From: Phaeosaccion multiseriatum
Lineage: Eukaryota > Protista > Ochrophyta, other classes
Length of the DNA stretch: 64,000 bases
Assembly (NCBI GenBank): GCA_965112735.1
Contig: OZ218962.1
Location: 1,488,001-1,552,000 of the forward strand
Direction: 5' to 3'
Position numbers and translations under genes: made by a program. The notes beneath the pieces were generated by a model, which made no database searches, was not told the origin of the DNA, and saw only the letters and a list, made by a program, of their open reading frames with translations. This document shows, in pieces, positions 54,429 to 64,000 of this stretch (position 1 is its first letter; every line of letters begins with the position of its first letter).

Positions 54429-57193
54429 ATCATTTGTGGCTGTTGAAGCGGCTCCAGCTGTTTCATCTTCGGCATTTGTGCCGGCTGTCGGGCTCCTCCT
54501 CCAATAACCATCACCTTCGCACTTGACTTAGGGTTACAGTCTCGCGTAGCACACCAGATAATGCAGCAAAACATTAACACAGCGCAACCGACAAAAATCC
54601 CAGCAATCGCTCCTGGGGACAAGGCGGGCCCGCTCTCGAAGCAGGTCTGCTGCTCGCCCACGCCAGCAGCCGTGGAATTCGTGTCGCAACACGCCCGCTC
54701 CAAATAAGACCAATCAGCGGCGTCCGTGTTGGTCCATAGCGTCGCTGGGTACTCATCGGCGGGCATGCAGTCTTCGGGAGTGAGGTCCTGTAGCGGGGAG
54801 AGGGGCAGAGTACGGAAGGGAATCAGCCCTTTCGTGCGGTTGGAGGGGAGGACACAACACACAGAATTCGCCTAACCTCCGTCGACTCCCCAAAGACTAA
54901 CCTGAGTGGACTCGCATTGGCCATCGCACACGCTGACGTCAGAGATGGAGGCTCTGTAGGCCTGCTTGTCGCACTCAGACAGCTCGAAGGCTGGGCACGT
55001 GCTGGACTCTGCGACGAGCTGATCCAAGACGACGCTGTACTCCACGTTGAGGTCTGTGAAGGTCGACAGCTTAAAGTCTACTGCCACCACCCCCAGAAAG
55101 GTGGAGGGGCTGCGGAGAGGAGAGAGACGACGCGCGGAGCGAGGGGCGGATGAGGGAGGCACGGCTCAGCGAGGGACGGGGCCTGGCTATCCGCTATCCT
55201 ACCTGGTGCTGTGGTCGTACACGGACGACGCGCAAGTAGTGCCTAAATGGCCGCCCGTGTCGAAGATGTAGGGCTCTGTCCAGGTTGTGACGTTTTGTGA
55301 GCTGCTGTTTCCACTCCCAATGGCGTAGAGCTGGTAGTAGGACGCCATTGCCCCCGTGAGATCGTCAGTGCTGCTGACGTGACGGTAGACCCCGTCCGTC
55401 TCACAGGCTATCGTCTGTGTGGTGTCCTGGTCTGCGTTCTCGCCGAACGAGAAGGTAAAGATCTCCGCCCCAATGTTGGCGTTTCTCGTCTCGATGAGGT
55501 CTGTCGTGTCCAACGGATCCAGCGGTCCGACACTGATTTCGCCTGAAGCCGGTAGCAAGAGCAGACAGGAGCAGCCAGGTGGGTTGGGAGCGAGTGGTGG
55601 GTGCTCCTACGTGAGTCATGTCCGTTCACAGTGCGACTTGCGCAGCGATGCATCACCAACGGGCCTTACCATCAGTGAGAAACAGTACTGTCGTGTGACA
55701 TGCCGCCGTGTTGCCGCTAGCGACGGAGCTGTGGAAGGCGGGTCGATGGAAAGAAGAGCAATGGTGGCCACCAACGAAGCAAGCAAGAGGAATAAGCGAG
55801 GGAGGGGAGAAGCCGACTCCCGTAACCCTGGCCTGCAGAGCAGGATATCTGATGTTTAGCGGTCCTACTGCTTGACTTGAACTCACCTGTCAATGAGATC
55901 GAAAGCCGTCTCGAAGGCTGCCGCAGAGCGTTGGAGTACATGGACGGGATGGGATGAAGACGAGAGACTCCTTACATTAGTACAGAAGCAACAAGACAGA
56001 TTCTCAGAAAGCATGTTCAGGGCCTATTCCCACCGTCGTAGAAGTTCGTCCCGCCGCCGGGAGACAGATCTCCGACGAGCTCGGACAGAGCAAACAGGTT
56101 GTCCTCCGTGGCCTGGGCAGTACGAACAAGAGCGAGAGGGGGCACCGCGCAGATTGTCAAAACAAACGATTCAAAGGGGTCGAGAGGAGGAGCCATTCAC
56201 ACGCCGCAGTACCTGCACCAGCGAGTTACTGTTGAGGCTGAGCACCTCCGCCGAGGAGTCGAAAGCGACGACGTTTACGTAGTGGTCGAAGGTCATGCCG
56301 GTGAGGACCGTCTGCACCGCTTCAATGGCCAGCTCCATCTTGCCGTCGCCCATGCTTCCCGAAGTATCGAGGATGATGACGACATCCTTGGGCCCACTGC
56401 TAGCTCCGATGAACCAGGGCCTACGTGCAAGGACCAACGCGGACAGGACGGGGAGCGCCAAGAGGCCAGAAGCCGTCACCACACCATCCTCGCCTAGAAG
56501 AGGGGATAGAGCGAGGTGCACGACGAGAGCGCGTACGTACCTTACACGCGGGTCGTACGAGCCGCATTCCTCCTGAGCGATTCCAGGAAAGTACCTCAAA
56601 AGGCCGCTCCAGCTTCCAAAGTAGGCTGATTCAAGTCCGTATGCCTCCTTGTTTTCGTCGTATGCAGACTTCAGAGAGTCTGAACAGCAAAGGAGAGGGA
56701 GAGTATATATATTGAGGGGGGAAAGCTGGACTTCTGCTGTGTGCTCTACCCCTCTCCCTTCTCAGTACCTTCAACAAGCCCAGAGAAGCATGCAGCTTCT
56801 ATAACACTTGCGTCGGTGGGGTTTCCGCTGTCTCCATCAGCTAGAGCCGCGGGGATCCTCACCACGCTCAGCGTTTTATCGACGAGATACCTGCGCCACG
56901 CAGATGGGCAGCAGGGGGCAGCAGGGTGAGGGACAGGCTTTCGCTGGGAAGTCTCGGCGCGGTGGTGAGGTCTGTTCACTTCCTGCTCACCCGCAAGACT
57001 CCTCCTCGCACTCGTCGAGCACACCATCTGTCTCGCAAGTTGCCCCTCTCCTGGTGCTCTGGCAAGCGTCATTGTGGGACGCTGCGCAATCGCTCGACGT
57101 TATGGCGCACCTCGACGGGAAAGCATCCTCAATCTCTTGCTTGAGCTGCAGCACCACGGCCTCTGCGGCCGCTATGGCATCAGGCAAAGACAT
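54074..57193 (-). CDS. VWA + Cache domain single-pass membrane protein, paralog B (inverted copy of paralog A)
   Basis: Same exon series as paralog A. YDPRVRPWF, DTSGS, WTEPYIFD, FLGVVAVD, TM AIAGIFVGCAVLMFCCIIWC, polyQ/(QQPM)n tail with PPAY and PPSY. Confidence 0.82.
54205..54430. repeat. 12-bp (QQPM)n coding minisatellite and CAG tract in the paralog B tail
   Basis: catcggttgctg-type units repeated about 8 times, followed by (GCT)n. Confidence 0.9.
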
Positions 57194-57833
57194 CCTTTCT
57201 ATGCAGGGGATAAGAAAAAATATATATAAGGACAAGAAACATTAAATTTCTGTAACGGCAACGTTCTTGTCGCAACTGAAACTGAAACTGCAGCGTTCCA
57301 CTGTGAGCGGGAAACCTCGAAAGCCTCGCCCACCAGCAGGGCATTGGGCACTGGATGAGCGGCTTGCCCGGAGGGAAGAATTGCGTCCTCTAGTGCTCTG
57401 TGCGGTAGGGGAGCAATGGCGCCACAGCTCCTCTCCTGTGCCGCAGGGACGAAGGCATTAGGTGCGCTCTCTCGCTCTCCCTCTCGGTGCCTCTGTGCGA
57501 CTGTGCTGCCTCGTGCGCAAGCACCATAGGGCGGCACGTTTGGTCCACTGAAGGACTGAAAACAGCGCGGGATTCGCTCCCTCCGTACATCGACTCGGGA
57601 CCTTTCCTCCTCGGCCGGTCTCCGCACCCCTCACGCGACCGCCGCGGATAAGGCTCTCCATCTCTTCTCACGAGGAATCGCGCCCCGGTCGTCGTGGTGG
57701 TGGGGCGCCTATTCTTGGTCAGAGGCCACTCAGCTCCGGCGACGACTCAAAGGCGGGGTGAAATGGCTTAACTTGGTGAGCTGGAGTTTGGCCCGGAGTT
57801 GGCGCACACTGGCCCCAGCGGCCTTCCCCTCCT

Positions 57834-60588
57834 TCACCCTCCTACCGCTCTGCCGTGGTGCGGAGGCCCAGGGTCTGCGGCGTGCAGCATCGCTCGCAGG
57901 AGGCCGTCCCGAGCCGCCAAGTCTTCGTACCTCCCGATCTGGGCCACTCTCCCCGCGTCCAAGACCACCACCAGGTCACACATCCGCAGCACGGCAGTGT
58001 GATGCGTAATGCTAATTACTGTCTTGCCCGCCATTTCCTTCATAATGTTATGGACAACCTTGACCTCGTTCTCCACGTCTTTTCCCACAGAGACAGACGA
58101 TGGGCAGGGCAGCAAAGCCGGAGGGAGGGGAGGCTTGTCAATTCAAGGGCGCCTCCTTCAAGGAGAGATGGAGAGGCGAGCAAAACCCCTCACCCCCAAA
58201 AACTCAATGCATCAAATCAAAGAAACATGGAGCACACGTACCGAGCGCCGAAGTGGCTTCGTCAAGAATGAGGATGCTGGGCTTGGCGTGGATCGCTCTT
58301 GCAATGGCCACGCGCTGCAGCTGCCCCCCTGAGAGCATGAGAGCAGGAGAGCGGGAGACAGTCCGGTGAGGGTGGTGATGGCTCAGAACCAACCGAGGCG
58401 GCAAGAGGGAGCACGGTGTCAGTCCAGGAGAGCATTTGGTGGCTTCGCTTCGCGATGCATGTCGTCACCTGAGAAGGAGACTCCCCTATCCGCCACTTTG
58501 GTATTGTATCCTTCAGGGAGCAGCTCCACGAAGTCGTGCGCACACGCCACCTTCGAGGCGTGCACAATGCTCTCCATACTTGCCACAGTGGGGTCACTGT
58601 ATGCAATGTTCTCGGCGATTGTGGTACCCAAAATAGCCGGCTCCTGTCTTACACAGGCCACCTGTCGACGCAGCCATTTGGGCTCAATGTCTTGTAAATT
58701 TGTGCCGTCTAGAGAAATGACGCCGTGCTGGGCTTCGTACATGCGCTCGATCAGTGCCATTAGGCTGCTCTTGCCAGAGCCACTTGTACCCGTCACGGCC
58801 ACGTGTTGACCGGGCAGAATCCGGAGGGTAAAGTCGCGCAGCACCTGCTGTCGAGGCCTCAAGGGGTAGGCGAAGTCCACCCCCTGAAAGTCCACCCTCC
58901 CGCGGAGATGATGTTCTGGAGTCAAGCTGCCCCCAGGAGTAGCCGGCTCCCGTTGGAGCAGACCGAAGAGTCTCCCCCCCGCCCCCTTGGCCTTGAGCAC
59001 GCCGCTGATGCCCTCCGTGACGTCCCCCAGACAGCCCCCTAGTTGCTGACTGTACAGCGCAAAGCTCGCCAGAGACCCCACTGTCATGGCTCCCTCACCC
59101 ACCATCCCGGTTCCCAGGTACAGCACCAGTAGCAGCGTGGCGTGCGACATGAGCTGGGGGGGGGGGGTAGAGGGGCGGGACGGGGAAAGAAAAAATACCT
59201 CAGCAGCTATGGCGTGCCCTCAACCTCCCTTCCGGGCCAGCGACGCACCTGCACTCCGCCGAGGTATCCCCCCTGGGCAATGGCCATGCGCTTGGACAGA
59301 GTGTAGCTCTGGTCAATGCGCGAATTGTACAATTGCTTCTCTCTCTCCTCGGCGCCGTAGGAGCGCAGCTGGTGGGCAGAGCATTGGCGAGTCAGGAGGC
59401 GCAATCAGAGTGTGTCAGGTGCCAACGCAACGTACCGTTCTGATGCACGTGAATCTCTCTGCGGCCAAGTTCGTTGCAGCCGCCAGCTCGGAGAGAAGCT
59501 CCACCGACAGAGACTTTACATATCTGGTGCAGCAAGGCAGGCAGGGCAGCATCAGATCGGCCGTTGCTTGCACGTAACCCTTCATGTCGTGTGCAGCGCA
59601 ATCTCACACCTCACCTTCCATAATGGAGCCCTCCTAAAGACATGGCCGGAACTATAGTCAGCGTTATGGCAGCGAGCTCGGGTGAAGTCGCTGAAAGAGA
59701 AGGAGAGAGAGATTCCTGGTACACTCAGCGGGGTGAGGCCGGCTGTTCTTCAAGCACCACGCTTCTCGCCCTTACCCACGAGGCACGCTGCAGAGACGGC
59801 GGCTTGGCCCGTCGCGCTGGCGAGCTGCCCGACATTGAGGGACAAATCCTCGGCTACTTCGTGCACGTCTTGGCTGAGGCGACTGGAGAGCTCTCCCACT
59901 CGAGTGGAGTCGAAGAACCCAATCTCTTGGGAAACCAAGTTGGAGAAGAGCTCCTTCCGAAGAGTCCTCCCGACGTCTTGTCCTATGATGTCAAGCATAG
60001 AGACGCGCAAGGCCGTGGCAGAGGCCCCTGCCACAGAGGCAAAGGCGAAGAGGATTCCCATGTTGTGGAGCGAGTAGGCTTGCATGGCCGAGTCCGAGCC
60101 AAGAGCGTCAATGACTCTCCCAAAGATCGTGGGGATCGCCATAGAAGCCAGAGAAGACACAGCGATGCCGCCAGCAGCCAAGCTTTCCATGCAAGAGGAG
60201 GGTTGAGAGCGAGCAATCTCAGTACTGAGAGGGGCGAACAAACCCGGGACATTCGCTGCTGGTTGAAACACTTACGCCAGCTTGTCTCTCTCCGGTACAA
60301 GGAGTTTGCGAAGATCATTCCACGTAACCTTTTGGGGCGCGTGCTGAGAGTCAGGGAGCATGGCCTTTGAAACAACCCAACTTCCCCCCCCTCCCCCCTC
60401 CTCCTCACCTCCTTTATAGGTTGGCTGCCAGGCGGAGGCGGAAACGGTTGGCTTTGGTGCACATCCCTCTTCTCGCCGCTAACAAGCGGAGGCGGGAAGC
60501 CTCGGCCAACCGAAACAAGACGATGGGACAAGGCTAATGGTGACGACCGTCCCCTTGTGAGCAATCTCCTAGACAGAAGGCCGATCAT
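57834..60588 (-). CDS. ABCB half transporter, mitochondrial ABCB10/MDL1-like (multi-exon)
   Basis: Presequence [34 protein letters not shown]. Walker A GTSGSGKS, signature [13 protein letters not shown], Walker [13 protein letters not shown]-loop ISITHH. Confidence 0.88.
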
Positions 60589-60639
60589 TGGAATGGAAAA
60601 GGGAAAGTGGGTGGGAAAAATTTTACTATTAGCACGGCC

Positions 60640-63600
60640 TTTTTTTTTTTTAATGTCAGGAGGATGGCTTGCGGGAGAGAGGGCGCCGCGGCGGAGGGCG
60701 CACATGCAGTATATCCTGGCTATGTTGTGCGGGGGGAGGAAGTACTCCGAGCTCTCGTGTCCAGCGCTGGGGACGAAGTTCTTCGTGAGCATGTCCTCGA
60801 CGAAGGACAGCATGCCGGTGTGGTAGGTGGTCGATTGGATTGGGCACTGCTGCATGGCGTCGAAGGAGTCGGTCGGCCCGGGTGTTGCAAAGGGGGCAAA
60901 CGAGAGTGTCGAGCCCGCCTGGTCCGTACAGGGAGTTGATGCAGGGGGAGAAAAAAAATGTCCGTGGCCGGCATGGAGACCTGTCCGGGTAGGTGGCGCG
61001 ATGAAGCTCATCGCGCCGCGGCTGTCTTGGCTGTTGTAGCGCGCCTTGCCTTGCTGACTGGATTTCATGCCGGTGTCGGCCGCTGTCGCCCCGTAGGGGG
61101 GGCGTCTCAAGCGAGTCTCGAAAGGCGGCGCGTCGTTGTGGGGCGAGGACCTTCTGGAGGGTGCGTTGCGTCTTCTGCTGGGGGGGGCAGCTGCCCTACG
61201 CGAGTCCATTGTCGAAGATGCCCTTGTGTCGCTGTCGGTCCGCTTCCGAGGTGAGCGCGAGGTCGACCCAGGGGCGGGGGAGGTGCAGCTCGGCGGTCTC
61301 TCGGGTGAGGCTCCCGTTCTCGACGGACGATCGAATCGTGCTGAAGATGTGCTGGAACATGTGACCCTGGTGGAGTTGGGGGCCCTTCTCGGTGAGTTGG
61401 GCCTCGATCCATAGTACCCCAGGTGTGAGGACGAGGGGAGGGAGGGTGTCTGCCGCTGCGCCCAGGTAGGCCGGTGGGGCGATGTGCTCGAGGGAGAGGA
61501 CGCCCCATCCCCTTGTGACTGTGGGTGGAAGGTTTGCCGATGCTGGTGCGGGGCAAGCTGAAGGCACGCTTGTAGGTCCGCTGGGGCAGTGACTATGGTG
61601 GCTCCGATGTCGTCCGCTCCCGGGAGTTGAAGTAGTGCTTCGCCGATGGCACGATAGAGAGCGTCGCCTGGGGAGGCGAGGGTGTCGGCCGTCAGGGCGG
61701 GGGGGAGTGTTCATAGGAGGTGTTGTTATTGCTGCCCGGCTGCCTTTGTGAGCATGAGGGCGGCAGGCTGTGTCTCCTTCACGCGGCCGAGGTGCTCGGC
61801 GAGGTTGAGGCCTCCGTGGCGATCGGGTCCATCCCCTAGTAGCTGTGTGAGGTGGCGTTGGATGAAGGCGTCACTCCCGACTAGGATGCCGAGCATGATC
61901 GTGCCACCGCTCTCGATGATGGTGCCGCCTTTGTGGGCGACCATGGCGCGATCTGCCAGGGTGGCGGGGCGGTTGGGTGGACGGAGCTTTCGCTGCTTGC
62001 CAGCGTGGCGGTTGAGGTCGGCGGTGGCGAGGTCGGTGTGGAGGCCGTTGGGTGTGGGTTCGAAGTCGGTGAGGTCACCGCACCATGCGCGGATGAAGAC
62101 GTCCTGGTAGGCAAACGGCGCGGTGGTGCCAGCCTGGCGAGCGGTGTCGATCCACTTCTTCTGCAGGGGGTATATGGAGCAGCAGAAGTTCTTGCTGGCC
62201 TCGGGTCGCCCTGTCCGCCACTGCCGCGGTCCGTGTGAAGGGGCTGGTTGCCGTCCTCGGAGAGGCAGATGAGGTCGCGACCCCTCCAGAGGGTGGCGGC
62301 GTTGCAAGGGATCGACGAGGGCGGTGCCCGTGAGCACTGCCGCGGTGGTGATGGCGTTGTGGGCGTTCGGGATGTCGCTGGTGATGATCCAGTGGCCGTC
62401 CTCGTGAAGCAGTTGTGTAGCCTTGGCGACTCTCTCCATGCCATCCGTGCCAGTGTTGGTGGCAACGCCGAATTGGCCTACGGCCTCGAAGGCGTCCCTG
62501 TAGGTGGGCTTGTTGAGGCTGACGTGAGTGGAGTGCAGTAGGCGGGTGGTCGTCTCCTTGATGGCGATGGAGCGTGCTTCCTCGCCGACGGCGTCGAGGC
62601 AGCCCTACGAATGGAAGTCTTGTAGGTACTCTGGCAGGCTGCCGAGGGCCTGGCGGACGAGGGTGAGCTCGCTGGTGAGGAGAAGCAGAAGGTCGTTGCC
62701 GTGGGCTGGCTTGGTCTTGAAGCATGTCCTTCAGGTGCGCGTAGCGGAGGCCTGAGGGGCGTGGACCCGAATGCCAGCTGGAGTGGGTGAGTGCCTGCCG
62801 GATGGCCGCGCGGTGGTCGGTGATGATGGGCTCCTCGTAGCGCTCGGCGTGGTCGGCGAGGTTTTGTCGTGCGACAGTGCGGGCCGCAGTGATGACCGCG
62901 TCGAGGGCTTCCGGTTCTGGTTCGCTTGGGTGCTTGCAGGAGAGGGTATCGAAGCTGGCTTGGTTGCGTGGGGGTTGGCGCTCCTTGGGGGAGAGCGCGG
63001 TGGTGGCCTTTGCTGACGTCTCCGGGTCTTGGGGTGAGACTGGCAGCCCGCGATCGTGTGGCAGCCTCTGAGCGCTCCTTCTCCTGATGGGGTCGGCGGC
63101 CTTGGGCGATGCTGATGATGCGGCGCACGTGCTCCTAGATGTCGAGGTCGAGGACAGTAGCGGCCATCTGTTCGCGTGAATAGTTGGGGGCGTGGCCGAT
63201 GAGGAGTGCCAGGAGAAGGTGGCGGAAGTTGGTCCGTGCCCGGACGGTGGTCCAGGCGTCATCTGGGGTGGCCGGCTCCCTGGCCGCGCGGAGGGCGATG
63301 ACGAGTTGCCGGGTGATGTGCAGTTAGAAGGTGGCGAAGGTGTGGCGTTTGCGGGCCTGTTTGGCAGTGGGGAAGGTAAGTCCGCGGAGGTCGAGGAGCG
63401 CCAGTGCCTGATGGTCGGGTGGTCGATGGTCCAATGGGGAAGAGGGAGGGCCTCAGCGCCCGCGCCTTGTACCGCCGCCTCTGCAGGGGGGCCTTGTGCC
63501 GCCGTCGGCCCTCCTCCGGGGGGGGGACGTGTCGCTGGTGGTGGGCCACGGGTGTGGTGATGGTGTCCAGGGCCTGTGCCAGCCGGGCGTGCTGGGCCGG

Positions 63601-64000
63601 TGTGATGCGTCTAGTAGCGAGCTGGTTGGCGTAGTGAGTCCTGTTGTTGTCGACGGTGGCGAGGGTGGAGAAGCGGGTGGCGCAGGGTCTGGTTCCGGCG
63701 CGTTGGTCGATGATGCTGACACAGCTCAGTCGGCCCCGGGGGTCGAAGTGAAGGTCTTGGAGGGTGGGAGTGGCCACCCTAATTGGTAGGATAAGTGTGT
63801 GAATGGGTTGATTTCCGCCCCATCTCCATTTCTTAGGTTGTTTATTCCTGTAAGTCAATAGAAACCCCCCCGGGTCCAAGGGCCACGCCATGTCGAGACA
63901 CCGGCGCCTGATCATCTGCAGCCACCAGATGTGTGGCTCTCGGAGCGTGAGCGAGCCTTCCTGGGACGGCTCAACCGCGGCGCCGGCCTAGCCCTCCATC
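60640..64000 (-). mobile_element. Degenerate CRE/SLACS-like non-LTR retrotransposon (frameshifted RT, decayed RLE region), 5' part beyond the window
   Basis: Across several minus frames: SGPRPSGLRYAHLK, IAIKETT, GVATNTG, SDIPNAHNAI, GQGDP, FAYQD (decayed YxDD), LGILVGS, RGWGVLSLEHIAPPAYLG. No introns. A12 tract on the minus strand at ~60640-60651. Confidence 0.72.

Noticed and set aside
59983-61209. 408-aa minus-strand ORF as one gene
   Set aside because: Chimeric read-through of the retroelement 3' remnant into ABCB exon 1 and introns.

Overview
Eukaryotic nuclear DNA: gene-dense, GC-rich, with many short spliceosomal introns. It most likely comes from a photosynthetic stramenopile (ochrophyte-type alga), because five genes carry bipartite signal peptide + 'xxF' plastid presequences. 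I resolve about 27 protein genes, most arranged as tight head-to-head pairs on alternating strands. In order: PDZ (MET1/TEF30-like), Vps62-DysF fusion, LRR protein, HSP60, TRM10, DXR, fibrillin, glycosyltransferase-like, U-box-like, LSM2, hypothetical membrane protein, CHTOP/FoP-like, PKA regulatory subunit, giant non-canonical poly(A) polymerase, UMP1, EF-hand protein, HEATR3/Syo1, GET2/CAML-like, CDC50, fatty acid photodecarboxylase (FAP), IspD, membrane cyclophilin, two inverted VWA-Cache paralogs flanking CDV3-like and DnaJ genes, and an ABCB half transporter. Mobile elements are a 243-bp MITE with TIRs and a 7-bp TSD, and a decayed CRE/SLACS-like non-LTR retrotransposon at the right end. 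Highlights are (1) a FAP photoenzyme gene with the catalytic signature, next to MEP-pathway IspD, and (2) an inverted pair of alpha2delta-like VWA-dCache membrane proteins with an amino-acid-binding motif variant and PPxY tails. Exon boundaries were read by eye and family calls come from motif recognition, not database searches.
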